Part shown: positions 37,657-52,198 of the stretch, one piece after another
Layout of the letters: the number at the start of each line of letters is the position of its first letter
Numbering within the stretch: position 1 is the first letter of the stretch
Assembly (NCBI RefSeq): GCF_020745735.1
Contig: NC_083420.1
Span: 39,370,001-39,434,000, forward strand
Source of the DNA: Hemiscyllium ocellatum
Lineage: Eukaryota
Direction of reading: 5' to 3'
Length of the DNA stretch: 64,000 bases
The notes under the pieces: model-generated
What the model saw: the letters and a program-made list of their open reading frames with translations, nothing else
Told to the model about the DNA's origin: nothing
Database searches by the model: none
Program-made: the position numbers and the translations under genes

Positions 37657-38368
37657 TGTTACAATACGGGGTAAACACCTCTGCTAAAATAAACCCAGCA
37701 CACGGAAAAGCTCACCTTGTGTTGTAACCTGTTAAATTTCAAGAGGCAAAGAACCATCCCAGATGTTACTCTTTGAAGTAAAAATTAACAATTTTATTCT
37801 TTAAGTCCAACAGAGAACATTAAACTAACAACTATTTACTACTCCTTGCTGTTAAACCTATCTTTTACCTCCCAAATACTGGTCCAATTAAAAAAAACTG
37901 ATTAAGATTTACAGAAAAATGATTACGTTTTAAAAGCAGCCAGCTGTGTCAATTCTTCTTTGTAGATTTTCTTGTGTATTTTCCTAGGTCATTTTTCTCA
38001 GATCTTCTGCTGCACAACTTTTCCTGTGGACAGATACCTTTCAGAGAATTATTTGGCTTGCAGTCTGTACTTGTTGGTGCTCCTTGCAGTTCTCCCCATA
38101 ACTATTCAAAATGTCCTGTTTTATACCCAAAAACATCAGATCATTTCGTTGGTTTGATGTCATCCCAACCAGTAAAATTCAAAAACGATTGGATTTTGGT
38201 ATTTGGGGCATAATTTGAATTTGTTTTTGTACCATGGCAACGCAACTCCAGCTATTTGTTTCAACCAAATGTTACATTTTTAAATTGTTCAGCACACTGT
38301 GCTTTCAGTCAGTCCTTGCTAGCTTCCTCTCTCTTAAAGGTACAGTACACACCTACACCTTCATAACA
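37657..38368 (-). mobile_element. Solo LTR (712 bp)
   Basis: TGTTA...TAACA inverted termini and a minus-strand AATAAA near 37793; no TSD visible. Confidence 0.65.
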
Positions 38369-39329
38369 TGGTGTACTAACCATCTCACACATGCACACAC
38401 ACGCTCCTACAGATCCTCCCTCATATGCTCACACATACACCTCCCCACTCACATACATGCACCCTTCATAGACTTATACTCCATTACACTCACAGACATA
38501 TGCACACTCTCTCAGAACCCCCCCCCAAAAAAAAACACGCACACAAAGGTTTGGATGGTGAATTTGTACTTGGAGAATTACATTTTATTTTGCTCAAAAA
38601 CTGCATAAATCCATGTAAAGTTCTGTAAATCCTATTTTACAAATAGAATCAGTCTGACCTAATATTGGGACACAGACAGGTTTTAACCTCACACCTTCAG
38701 TGCATTATCTGAGCTGAGATGGCACCTATTGTTGAAAGCTATCTTGAGAATGTAACTTGAAGAAAGTTCTGGGATTTACGTACAAAGGAACCAAAACTAA
38801 CATGATCATTCTAAAAGGTGAAGGACTCAGGCTAAATTTGTTTAATATTACTTTCCATGCCACTGCAGTCCTGTTGCCATAAATTCTGTGTCGTATGATT
38901 CTGCTCCACAACCATCTGATGAAGAAGCAGCACTTCAAAAACTAGTCCATCCAAATCAACCTGTTGGAGTATAACCTGGTGTTGTGTGATTTTTAACTTT
39001 GTCCACCCCAGTCCTACACCAGCACCTCCAAATCAGAAACACAGATTGAGGACAATAACTAAAAGAAATAGGTTGGACAAATTCTGCCTAAGACAAGTGA
39101 CATTAGATTGGAATAGTAACCCTGCACAAAGGCAGAGTTTGCATTTCATTTGACAAGACTGCCAAAGTGCCAAAGTCTGGAAGTGCAAGCATACAAAATA
39201 TGATCTTTTTCAACAGCTATAGTTCATGGAATTTTATAATACAGATAAAAGAAATTAACTAACTGGCAGTGTTCATATTCTACATGAACCTCCACCCTTC
39301 CTACTTTATGTACTGCTGTCAGAGAGTCG

Positions 39330-41880
39330 AAGAGTCTAATAGCAAAGAAACAGGATCTTTGAGCCACCATGTCTATTTTGACCAACAAATACCAAACTAC
39401 ATTAATCCCATTTCCCTATACTTGGTCAATAGTCTATTATGTTGTGGCATTTTAAATACTCATCCAGATTCCGCTTAAAAGTTGGATGAATACCTGCCTC
39501 CACCACTATCAGACAGTACATTCCATATTTCTGCCACCTTGAAAAAATTCTTTCTCAGATCTCCTTTAAACCATTTGCTCCTCACCTCAAACTCATGCCC
39601 TCTGATCTCAGATTATGACTGCTGTGGGGAAAAGATTCTCACTATCTATTCTGTCTAAACCTCAGTCAGATTCCCCCTAAGCTTTCTCTGCTCCAATGAA
39701 TACAAACACAGCCTATCCAGTCTCTCCTCATAACTGAGACTTCTTATCCCAGGCAACATCCTGTTGAATCTCTTCTGCACCCTTTCCAGTGCAATCATGT
39801 CCTTCTTATAATGTGAACTGAGCCTTCTGAACTGCATACAGTATTTCATTTATGGCATAAGCAATATTTTATTAAGTTGTAACAAGTCATCCCTGCTTGT
39901 ATGTTCTACGCCTTGGATAATGAAGGCAAGTATCCTGTATGCCGCCTTCACCCCCCAGCCTATCTGTGCTGAAACCTTCAGGGATCTTCAGACTTGTATG
40001 TTAAGAGGTCCATACTTACGGATGGTTCTAAAGGACTTACCATTCATTGTGTATCTCCTTCTGTTATCAGACCTCCCAAGATGCATCATCTTGCCATTAT
40101 CTGGATTAAATACTATCTGCCATTACTCTGCTCAATTGATCATCTAATCAGTATCAGACTGAAGCCTATGAGCATCTTCCTCTCTATCAGCAATGCCAGT
40201 TTTCATGTCATCTGTAAACTTACTACTTTTTTTTTGTAGCTTCTACATTCACATCCAAGTCATTATTGTAACAACAAGGTTCCCAGCACCAAACCTTTGG
40301 TATACTGCTAGCCATTTCAATTGAAAAAACAATTCTCTTTTATGACATTTTGCCTCCTATTTGTGTGCTAGTTTTTTTAACTTGCCTTGTATCCCATGGA
40401 CTCTTACCTTTTGGACCAGCCTTCATTTGGCAAAGACTTGACTGAAGTCCATGTAAACTACACCAACTGTACTACTGTCATCAATATATTTAATCACCTT
40501 TTAAAGAAACTCAGTTAAGTTGGTCAGACAGGATCTACCTCTGACAAATGCGTGCTGACTCTTCCTACCTTTCCAAGTATTGACGAATCCTGTCCTTCAG
40601 AATTTATTCCAATTATTTGTAAAACTAACCGGTCTGAAATCACCTGGTCTATCCCTGTTACTCTTCTTGAGCAAAGCAATCATATTAGCTATCCACCAGT
40701 CATCTGGCACTTCACTTGTAGCCAGCGAGGTATGAGATATCTCTGCCAGCCCCCCAGAAATCTCCACCCTTCCCTCCCATAGCAGCCTGGAATGAACTTG
40801 CATCCCTGCTAAAACATCTAATACCTCCATTCCAACAGAGGCCCCTGGCTACAATTCTTTAATTCTCTGTTGGAGACCTTATCCAAATCCATTGGCCATA
40901 AGCACAAGTTGTCCCTTTGGTTTCTAACATGTTCCCCCCCCCCCCTTCCCTGGTAATCTTCTTACTTTTAATATACATAAAAAAGCCTTATGGTTTTTCT
41001 TGCGTGCATCTGCCAAAGATATTTCATGGCCCCTCTTTACCCTCCTAATTTCCTTTTTAAGCAATCTCTCTATATACTTTTGAAAAGCCTCCCTGTTTTT
41101 AATTCACTGCACTTTAGACGTGTCCTTCGGTTTTTTTTACTAAAGTCTGAATATCCCTTGACATCCAGGGTTCTTTGGACCTTTTGCTTTTCACTCCTAG
41201 AGGAACATGCTCACCATGAATTCTCGCTATATTACTTATAAAAGACACCCACTTTCCAAATGTCGACTTGCCTGCAAGTAGCTGCTTCCAATCTGTGTTT
41301 GCCAGATCTTGTCTAATGGTATTGAAATTGGCTTTGCCCCAATTTAATTTCTGTGCTATCCTTATCCCTTTCCATAACGACTTTGAAACTTAGAGTTATG
41401 ATCAATATCCCCAAGGTGCTTGCCCATCAAAACTTTAGCCACTTGACTGGCTTCATTCCTGAGGATTAGTTCTAGCATTGCCTTTTCTTTAGTAGGATTA
41501 TTTTGGTACTGGCATAAAAAGCTGTCTTGGATGCATCTTAAAAATTCTACCCCATCTAATCCTTTCACACTAAGGCAATCCCAGTTAATGTTAAGAAAGA
41601 TGAAGTTCCCTACAAGTATAATCCTATTTCTCTTGCATCTTTTGTGATGTGTCTATATATCTGCTCCTTTATCTCCCTCTGACTGATGGGAGACCTGTAG
41701 TATAATCCCAGAAAGGTAATCATCCCTTTCTTTTGCTAAGCTGTACCCAGATGGCCTCATTTGAAGATCTTTCTACAGTGTTCTCCCTTCTTACTGCAAT
41801 GATGGTTTCATTTATCAATAATGCAGTGTCCCTGCCTCTCTTACTACCCCCATGCCCTCAATCCTCCATGAAACTTCTAT
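39330..41880 (-). mobile_element. Degenerate CR1 ORF2
   Basis: Minus-strand ORFs give ALERVQKRFNRMLPG, VPDDWWIAN and LGDIDHN. Confidence 0.8.
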
Positions 41881-41885
41881 TACTT

Positions 41886-42194
41886 TAGATAGATTAGGTT
41901 AGATTACTTACAGTGTGGAAACAGGCCCTTCGGTCCAACAAGTCCACACCAACCTGCCGAAGCGCAACCCACCCATACCCCTACACTTGCCCCTACGGGC
42001 AATTTAGCATGGCCAATTCGCCTGACCCGCACATCTTTGGACTGTGGGAGGAAACTGGAGCACCCGGAGGAAACCCACGCAGACACGGGGAGAACGTGCA
42101 AACTGCACACGGTTAGTCGCCTGAGGCAGGAATTGAACCTGGGTCTCTGGCGCTGTGAGGCATCAGTGCTAACCACTGTGCCACCGTGCCACCC
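41886..42194 (-). mobile_element. HE1-like V-SINE
   Basis: Near-identical to the copy at 2521-2826. Confidence 0.88.
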
Positions 42195-45100
42195 TGTCAT
42201 TTCTGAACATTTTCAAGGGTAAAGAGCCTGTTTGGTGATGGTGGTAGTCTTCAACTTGGGCGTCATCCATGTAAAATATTCTGCAGTTTCTCAAATGTCT
42301 TTAATCCTAATTTGAATAACAAGATCAAGTAGAAACTTTTGGCGATAGTTCAGAAATAAACACTAATTATTACAGAATTTATTACAGGTGAGTGTCCATC
42401 CTTTCAAAATGGGTTTCTCATTGATAGAATTGGTGCAAGAATTTTCAAAGCATTTTGAAACTGCATGTTGTAAAGTACTCTTTTTTTTGTTAAAAAAATT
42501 AATGGGCATATTCTTCAAACTGTAATTTATTTTTCAACTCCAAAATAGATTATCAAAACCAATCATACACCTCCTGTACAAACATTGCATATAGCATTTA
42601 AATTAAACTTGACACCTAGTGGAAGAATTATGCATGTAGATAAATACTACAGGCTTTCACATACTCCCTCTTTGAAACAAATTACCCTGCATGACATGTC
42701 ATAGCATTGTTAGTCCTATGTTAAGTCTACAATTCTTCAGAATGCCTTCTTTAAAAAAAGTCTAATAATTTGTGTTCCCTTGATAGTATTAGGAAAAGTA
42801 CACAAAGTATTTTGGCGCATTGAAGATCAATGTGTTATCTATTTGATTTTCTTTTGATGAGTATGATTTATTGTATTACATTCTTGTGCTTAATTGATGT
42901 TCAATGTCAGCTTGGCTCAGTTGTTTGACATATCGCCTCCTGAGGCAGAGAGGCTTTAAGTTCATCTTTAGGGATTTCATATGTAAGTTATGCTGACAAT
43001 TTTTTGTAATATTGAGAGATTATTGTCCTTCAGTGAACACAATAAACGGAATCTGTCTTCCATTTCAATTACTTAAATTTCATAATTCAATTTGAAACAG
43101 GACAGGGAATTCTCTTAGTGCTCTAGTTACCATTTTATTTGTTCACGGGATGTGTGTTGACCAACATTTGTTCCCTGTGCCTTATTGCTCTTGGAGAGAT
43201 GATGCAGGTAGTCTTATATAGGTACACCCATTCTCCTCTTAGGAAAGATGTTGTAGGTTTTTGTTCTAGTGACAGGGAAGTATGAGCAACTTGGTTCCAA
43301 GTCAAGATGGTGTGACACTTGAAAGGAAAATTACAGATGTAGACCATTGACAAAGTGTTCCTATGTTTGAAAGTTGCTGTTGGAGGATATATGGTGAGTT
43401 GCTGCAGTGATTATTGTAGGTTGTGCATACTGCTGCCACTTTACATTGGTAATGGATTTGAATGTTTATGGCGATTGATGAGATGCTGATCGGTTAGACT
43501 GGTTGGTTTGGATGTTAAATGTTTTAGTGTTGTTGGAACCCGCTTATTCAAACAAGTGGAAAGGATTCCACACTCCTGATTTGTGCCTTTTGAGATGACT
43601 TTGAAGATTTCAAAGATTAATTATTCAACACCGAATTGCCAGTTTCTGACCGGCAATCGCAGCAGCAATATTCATTTGTTTATTCCAGGTAAGTTTCTGA
43701 TCTATGGAGACTTCCAGGATGTTTGGGTGATTCTTCATGACAGTGATAATGTTGAATGTTAAGAGAAGATGATTTGATCATCTCTTGCTGTACATGATCG
43801 TTGCCTACCACTTGTGTGGAGTATGAATGTTACTTGGTTGTCACTTAGCAGCTGAACCCTGGTTGTTGTCCAGGTATTGTTGCATGTGGGCGTGGGCTAC
43901 TTTGATATCAGAGGAATTACAAATTAAGCTGAATACTGTACAACCACCAATTAAATTCCTGACTTCTAATTTTGTGACATTGGAAAGGTCATTGAAGCAG
44001 CTGAAGTTGGCCAGATCCAGGACTTTATCCTGCAACAATACAATGAGCTGAGATTTTGACCTTCAACAACCACAGCCATCTTTCTTTGTGTTAATTAAGA
44101 CCCAAATCAATGAGACTTTTCCACCTGATTCTTATTCGCTTCAATTTTGCTGTGACTTCTTGATGCCTAACTCAGACAAATCCTGCCTTGATGTCGAGAT
44201 CAGTTGCTCTCTTCACACCATGGCAATTCAGCATTTCTTTTCCACGTTTGGATCAAGGCTGTAATGATGTCAAAACAGGCATTATTGTACAGATTTTTGT
44301 TTTGTGAATGCTGCTTGATCATAGTGTCGATGACAATTCCTGTCACTTTGCTGACAGGGCAGGAGACTGACTGGGCGGGAACTGGCTAGATTGAACTGGT
44401 AGTGGTTGGAGAGGAACTTTTTCCTACTTTTTTCCCGTACTTAGCCTGAGGTATTTGCTCTGCCAGGAGTTTAGGAAGCTTCAGGTGGTATGGAACATGG
44501 CTATATCATGATGCATGAATACCACAAATTAGTGGGTTTGGCAGATGGATCTTTTGATTTGTTTTTGTTAAACATGCTTGTTTGTATGTGAGTAATTAGT
44601 TTGAAACATTTTAAAAATGTGTTTGGTTGTTCAGTAAATGTAAATTTTCTTAGGTTCTTAACTGCCATCATTCGGATGATGGAAGCTGAATCTCACTGCA
44701 TGCCCCAGTTGTTGTGTCATTGATTCTTTAATTGGCATTGACAACCACCAGACTTTTCTTCAATAATGGCTTTTCTAATAAATTATCTGTGGCATAGACT
44801 CATAATAATCTGTTAGGTTTCTTTGATTTTTGTTTAGGAGAAACCACACTGTGGTGATCCTTGGGCTTTGTATTGATCAGAATTTGATTGATGTGTTTCT
44901 TCCAAATTAAAGTTTTCTCTCTCCTCTTCTCCTCTCCAACCTCGGCTCTAAAGCTTGCACATAAATCATGGCCTAAGCCTTATTAATCACTGCAGGGTGC
45001 CAGTGTTACTATAGTTGTAAAAAAAAATTGAATATCAAATTTATTAGAGAAAACATTCATTTCCCTCTAGTTTTGAAGTGCTTTTGCTAGGTACTCTGGC

Positions 45101-46550
45101 AACTTGCTGACCAACATTTCGATGGAAATACATTTGCTAGTGCTGTAAGCTGTGGTTTCAGAAAAGAGGAAATTGTGGTAAAAACAGAAAATGCTGAGAA
45201 ATTCAGAGAGGAAGAGAGTTGATGTTTCAAGTCCAATTTGACTCTTCAGAGCTGAGAATGACTAATTCTGAGGAAAGCTACAGAGATATGTTTTAGAGAT
45301 TTTTGTTTGAAGTGTTATGCTAGAGCTGCATTTACATGGACTGTTTTGGTCTAGCAACAATTTTATGTAAGTGAAGAGAAGAAACAGGCTTTTACGTAAG
45401 GGTCTGTTGAATAAGCTGGCTTTTGTGTCAACAAGAATAGAATAGTAGATATTTTAGTTATTTTTCTGTTTGTAGTTTTCTGTTTGTGATTCTCACATTT
45501 TATAGTTATTGGAAACTTAATTTCATTGTATTAAAATTGATCACGACTAATTTAATTAAATTGCTTTCTCAAGCCTGAGTAATCACTAATAATACAGTTC
45601 TCTCTTTTGCCTGCTTCAGAAGTGAAACAGAATTAATATTCTAAGCATAGTAGTGCATTTTAAAAAGTCCCTTTTTTAAGAAGATTATTCTTTGTAAATG
45701 GAAATTCTAAACCTCATTACGAATGGATTTGCATAATTTCAGCATAAATCCAGGAAGGTTGATATTGCGTTCCTGTTTCACATATTGTATATGTACAAGC
45801 TTGTGATGGCTGTTGCTAGAAATAGGTGAGTTAATCAAAACTTTCAGCAGTTGCCGGCCTAAAAACTGTTGTAATAAATTAGTGGTGTTATCTTTATATC
45901 TTACTAAGTATTTGGAGTATTACAATGATTTCCTTTCATTTGTCACTACAGTGTATTTCTTAGAAGATTTGGCAAAGACTGTTACATTGTCAATCGCCCT
46001 GTTTGGATTCTGTATTGACAGAATCTGTTTTTCGTATAAAACTGTGCACTGACGCTCCCATGCTTTCAGACCTATATTAAGACTATAGTGGGCCATTTAT
46101 GTTGAGAAAAATGCATATGATTTTGAAGTAGGAATAGGCTTTCAAGCCCCTTTAGCCTGCTGTGCCATTCAAGAGATTATGGCTGATCTGATTGAGGCGT
46201 CAAATTCACATCCCGGCCATTCCAAGAACCTTTGATGCTCGTTAATCAACAGTCTATCTATCTCTACCTTAGAAGTGTACAATAAACCATCTCTGATGCT
46301 CTTGGGCGGGAAGAGAAAAAGAATCATGTGATCCTCAAAGAAAAAGTCTTCCTCATCTTCATCTTAAGTAGGAGACTTCTTTTAAATCGTGTTGCTTAGA
46401 TCTCGTCTCTCTCACAAGATAAAGCATCCTGTCAAGTATCCTCAGGATCTAATGTTTCAGTAAGATTAACTCTCATTCTTTTAAACTCAATGGATATAGG
46501 CCTAGCCTGTCCAGCCTTTCTTCTTAAGAAAACACCTCCCAGTTCCAGGC

Positions 46551-47500
46551 CATAGAGTCATAGAGATATACAGCATGGAACAAACCCTTCGGTCCAATCC
46601 GTCCATGCCGACCAGATATCCCAACCCAATCTAGTCCCACCTGCCAGCACCTGGCCCATATCCCTCCAAACCCTTCCTATTCATATACCCACCCAAATGC
46701 TTCTTAAATGTTGCAATTGTCCCAGCCTCCACCACTTCCTCTGGCAGCTCATTCCATACACGTACCACCCTCTGTGTGAAAAATTTGGCCCTTAGGTCTC
46801 TTTTATATTTTCCCCTCTCACCCTAAACCTATGCCCTCTAGTTCTGGACTCCCCGACCCCAGGGAACAGACTTTGTCTATTTATCCTATCCATGCCCCTC
46901 ATAATTTTGTAAACCTCTATAAGGTCACCCTCAGCCTCCGATGCTCCAGGGAAAACAGCCCCAGCCTGTTCAGCCTCTTCCTATAGCTCAAATCCTCCAA
47001 CCCTGGCAACATCCTTGTAAATCTTTTCTGAACCCTTTCAAGTTTCACAACATCATCTTTCCAGTAGGAATGGGGACCAGAATTGCATGCAATATTCCAA
47101 CAGTGGCCTAACCACTGTCCTGTACAGCCGCAATATGATTTCCCAACTCCTGTACTCAATACTCTGACCATTAAAAGAAAGCATACCAACGCCTTCTTCA
47201 CTATCCTAGCTACCTGCGACTCCACTTTCAAGGAGCTATGAACGTGCTCATAGGTCTCTTTGTTCAGCAACACTCTCTAGGACCTTACCATTAAGTGTAT
47301 AAGTCGTGCTAAGATTTGCTTTCCCAAAATGCAGCACCTTGCATTATCTGAATTAAACTCCATCTGCCACTTCTCAGCCCATTGGCACATCTGGTCAAGA
47401 TTCTGTTGTAATTTGAGGTAACCCTCTTTGCTGTCCACTAGACCTCCAATTTTGGTGTCATCTGCAAACTTACTAACTGTACCTCTTATGCTCGCATCCA
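46551..47500 (-). mobile_element. CR1 3' end (young), inside older CR1 fragments spanning about 46130-49280
   Basis: SKFADDTKIGG and LERVQKRFTRMLPGLE; catagagtcatagag tail. Confidence 0.88.
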
Positions 47501-50500
47501 AATTTGAGTGAGCTTTTTCTGAATTGCTTCTAATGCCTTTACTTTGTTTCTTAAATAAGGAGAGCAAAACTGTATGCAGTACATCATATGTTCCATACAA
47601 ATGATGCAACATATCTTTCTTTTATATTCCCTTCCCTTTGCTATAAACAACATTTTAAGGAGCCCATATGGATGAAATAATTTACATAATTTACATTCTC
47701 CACATCGAATGAAAATTCAGAGCATTTTCTAATAATTTGGCCAGATTATGCAAGGACTTTCAAATTGCATGGAATTATGGTTGACTGCTTTGCGTAGTTT
47801 CCTCAAGACTAATAAAGGCACGTATCCCACATGTCGTCTTAACCACTTTATCCACAGGTCCTGTTGTTTTCAAAGCTTTGTGCCTATACATGCCAAGGTC
47901 TCACTGATTCTGTGTACTACTTTGGATCCAACCATTCATTGTGTACTCACTTGTCTTGTTAGTCCTCCCAAAATGTATCACACCTCACTTTTCAAGACTG
48001 AATTGCATTTGCTAATGTTCTGCCATCCGACTAGCTCACCTATGTCGTCATGTAGCTTAATAAAGCTTCATAAAGCTTTCTTCCGCCATTTACCATGCCA
48101 CCAAATTTCACCCCATTTACGAATCTACTGATCAAATGTCCTTCAGAGTATAGATCATTCATGTATACTTCAAGCAGCAGGGGACCCTGCACTGAACCCT
48201 GCGGTACTCACCAGACTCCGACTTCTGTCATAAAATAAGTTTTACTATCACCCTCTGCTTCTGATACTAAGCTAATTTTGGATCCAACTTGCATTGAATC
48301 ATAGGCTCTTATCTTCTTGACCCACCTCCTTGTCCAAGGTCTCAGCGAAGTCCATTGTAAACTATATCTACTGCACTCACCTCATCCATACCATTGCTTG
48401 CCACCTCAAAAAATCTCAGTCCAGCCTGTCAGACATGATCACTTTCCTGACAAAGCTATACTGACTGTCCTTGATTAATCCTTGCCTCTCCAATTGGAGT
48501 TTAGTTTTGTCCACTCATTTTTCCAAAGATTTACCTACTATTGATATCCAATTTGCTGGCTGATAGTTCCTTAGTTTGTAACTACTGTTGAAACATTAAC
48601 TGTCTTCCAGTGCTCTGGTACTTCTCAGGGCCCTTGCAATCTCTTTCCTTGTTTCCCAAAATAGCCTCGGATGCCTTTCATCTGGGTAGTGATTTAGGTG
48701 ATTTTAAACCTGCTAATTATCTTTTTCTCAGTTGTAACATGTTCAATTATATTGGTCTTCTCTGATATCCGTACTTACATAATTCTCCTTTAAAGTAAAT
48801 ACAGATGCAAAATACTCATTTAAACCTCACCACTGTCTTCTGGTGCCACACACAGTTTGCTACATGGGTCTCTCATGGGCCTTACTATTTTCCTGTTTGT
48901 TATGTTGCCACTAAAAGGGTAATAAAATACTTTTGGTTTTTTTTATTTTACCAACCAATTTTTTTTGGTTCCCTCTTTGCTCTCTCTTACTTTACTTTTT
49001 AAGTAACCCTGATCACTTTCTGTACACTCTAAGGCTTCTGATGTTTTAAACCCTTGGTATCTACCATAAGCTTTTCTTTCTTTCTGTATTCAATCCTATA
49101 CATTGCTTGACTTCCAGGGTTCTTTGGACTTGTTGGTTCCACCTTCAGCTTTGTGGAAATCTGTTGGCCTTGTACTTTCACTCATTCCTTTTTGAAGGGC
49201 TTCTGTTGCTCTGTTGAAGATTTTCCTACAGGAGCTGCTTCCAGTTCACTTTGACCAGATTCTGACTTTATCATATTACAACTAGTCAAATGTAATTTAT
49301 GAACAAAAATGCTATGAACAAAAACTGGAGCACAGGTAAAGCAACCTTTTATTTCCTATCAAAAAATTGCTGGTTGTATATGTACCACCTTTTAATATAG
49401 TATAATGTATCTAATTATTCTAAGGTACTTAGAGTATTGAAAAACAAAATTTGGTACATTCATGGAAAGAGGTATTAGGGTAAGTGACTAAATGTTTTGC
49501 AGTGGCAGATCAGCTGAGGTGTAGTTGATGATGGGTAATATTAGGAAGCTGGAATTAAGTGATCTTATTCAAAGAGCATATGAGGTAGAAAGAGTTTCTC
49601 TGATGTATTCTTTGCTAGAATAATTGTTAACAAGTTTTGCTTAGCATGCACTGAGATGCTTCTTTCCTTAATCTGTAGTGCATGAGTTGAGAGAGATAAA
49701 AATACTGTTTTTTGGGGCTAAACTGTCTAACTTATTTTACTTATTTCCATCCTATCCGGTCCACAAAGTGTGATTAGCTACTTGTAACTTTACCCTTTGG
49801 AATAGCCTTGGCAGTCTGTCATATTACTGATTCAGATACCTTAATTAACCAAGGGACCAGTCCTTATCCTCAAGTGATTTCATTGGTGGCAATTATACAA
49901 TGTACTTCTCTTGCAAAGTGCACCTATGTCCTCAGCAGAGAATTGCTGCCTTTGAAAGTTGTCTTTTTGGAGCAACCTCTTAATTCCAATCCACATAGCT
50001 TCCTTTCATGAAATATGTCTCCCTGGATTTATGTTCCTTCAATCTGTGTACTTTTAATGAAAATGCTTTCTTTTTATCCCTGTCAGAGTTGTCTCTCAAC
50101 TAGCTCCAGTGCTGTGTTTGGAAAATTTAAGATTAAACACCTGCAATAAGTGAAAGTATTCCTTCGTCACCTACATGCAAAACAATCTGGTTATTTCCTC
50201 TGTCAAAAGCGTTACCAAGATAACCAGTTCTCTTTATTTTGGATTCACAGAGCTATATTTATTTTACATCCACTTTGCCTGCTTCCCTTTCCCTTTACAG
50301 AATTTCTTTTGTCTGTGTCCTTTTTTGCCTGAACCATGCAGTGACTGAGAGGATAGTGGGTACATGAATAGCTTAATGAAACTTACAGCACAGCAACAGG
50401 CAACATACACAAAGGTTAAAATTGGCTGTTGTTCTGTTTTTCTAGGAAATGTAAAAGGTAAAGTCACCATAGTCTTACTATAGGGCGACTCGCTCATTAG

Positions 50501-50805
50501 AGAGAAATGACTGGTGGTGGTTTACTACACCACAGGCCAGGAGAAAGATTGAGAAGGAGAGTCCCTCATGGTCTCTTCAGCGAGTGCAAGAATTGAACCC
50601 ATGCTGATAGCATTGCTTTGCATGGCAAATCAGCCATCAATCTAACTGAGCTAACCAAAACTGTCCAGTAGGTAGCCATTAAAAATGACTTTTTTTTAAT
50701 TCCTTCATGAGAGTGGGAACCACTGGCAAGGGCCATCACTTGACATTGAACTGTGAGTGGTTTTCTGTACCATTTCATAGCCTCCTTTTGAGGCTTTTAA
50801 TTCTT

Positions 50806-51380
50806 TGTGACGATGCTGTCACTTAAAGAAGGGTTATTTTGTCCTTGGATTTTTTTAAAGAAAGGTTGTAACAGTAGAAGTGCAAAAGGATCCAGTTCAA
50901 CAATAGAAGGGGAGTGGTCAGTTCTCCCAGTTCAGGTTTTTTCTAGTTTGTTTTATGTAATAGTCATAAGATATAAATGTTGAGGGGAGTAGCAAGCTTC
51001 AGTAAATAACTGCTCTGACTTTCTTCTGAAAATGCTGTTTGAATGTTGTTCCCTCCTGCCTGTAAGTATCTGTGTTTGCATTTACCTTTTTGCCAAGGGG
51101 TGTGTTTAAGGGATGTTGCTCAGTTGAACTGTTAATTGGAAATAGTTACTGCATTGGGTTAATAATGTTTTCCAATAGTTAAGTTAATTCTAAATTATGT
51201 TTTCTTTTGTTTGTGTTCCAACTGTAGTGTTTAAATTCTGTTTTGCTTAAAGCTGAGTGTTTTGATCAGCTGCATCACACCCGGGATCCGCAATTCACAT
51301 CTGCCTTTAAAATACAAAAAAGTTAGGGTCCAGGCTACCACCTTAAAACATTTTGAGGGAGTCTGGCCTGGTCCATAACA
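50806..51380 (+). mobile_element. Solo LTR
   Basis: TGTGAC...CATAACA termini; flanks TCTT/TATT (4-bp TSD, 1 mismatch); the 3' end matches the reverse complement of 11410-11468. Confidence 0.72.
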
Positions 51381-51890
51381 TATTTTAAAATGAATAGAGT
51401 ACGTGAGTTGCAATGGTTTGAATTCTCTTTATTTCTTTCCCCTTCTTTTCTACACAGCACATTTTTGAAATATATTTAAAATCCTTTTAAATAAAGAGAA
51501 TACCAATCAAGCCACAGACAGGCATTTTTCCTTTAATTGGCTTTAGGTTGTAGGAGATATAAATAATCTCCTAATGGACCAGTATGTGCCAACAAACGAT
51601 TGTACAACCAAGTGACAAGAACAGTTTGTACATAACAGTGCACTATGCAGCACATGATAAAATGATCATACCCCTGACAAACGATATACTCTGGAGCCTG
51701 ACTCCAGGATTGACAGTTCCAGGCTGATAATTTCTTTTCAGTTTGGGGGTGTGCTACATCTTAGAGAAACATTAAATAAAGGCCCAATGTATTCAGTTGG
51801 ACGTATGGAATTGTTTTTAAAAGAATGATTGGAGTTTTCTTTGCCCTGGGTAGCATAGTTCCTCCACCAATGTATAATCCTCCATCAAAC

Positions 51891-52198
51891 AGGGGTGGCA
51901 CGGTAGCTCAGTGGTTAGCACTGCTGCCTCACAGCACCAGGGTCCCAGGTTCAATTCCAGCCTCAGGCAGACTGTCTGTGTGGAGTTTGTGCATTCTCCC
52001 TGTGTCTGCGTGGGTTTCCTCCAGGTGTTCCGGTTTCCTTCCAAAGATGTGCAAATCAGGAAAATTGGCCATGCTAAATTGTCCATAGTGTCAGGTGCAT
52101 TAGTCAGACGGAAATGGGTCTGTGTGGGTTACTCTTCGGAGAGTCGCTGTGGAGTGGTTAGGCCGAAGGGCCTGTTTCCACACTGTAGGGAATCTAAT
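51891..52198 (+). mobile_element. HE1-like V-SINE
   Basis: GGGGTGGCACGGTAGCTCAGTGGTTAGCACTGCTGCCTCACAGC head, V-domain and aatctaatc tail. Confidence 0.88.

Larger units (their letters stand above)
36965..39035. mobile_element. Penelope-like element: two inverted ~670-bp 3' arms with an LTR in the middle
   Basis: The arms 36965-37641 and 38370-39035 are reverse complements. Minus-strand DGLNQDLRFMSHYR* (37640-37596) resembles a Penelope GIY-YIG C-terminus. TSD gaaacatagatt/gaaacacagatt. Confidence 0.8.
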
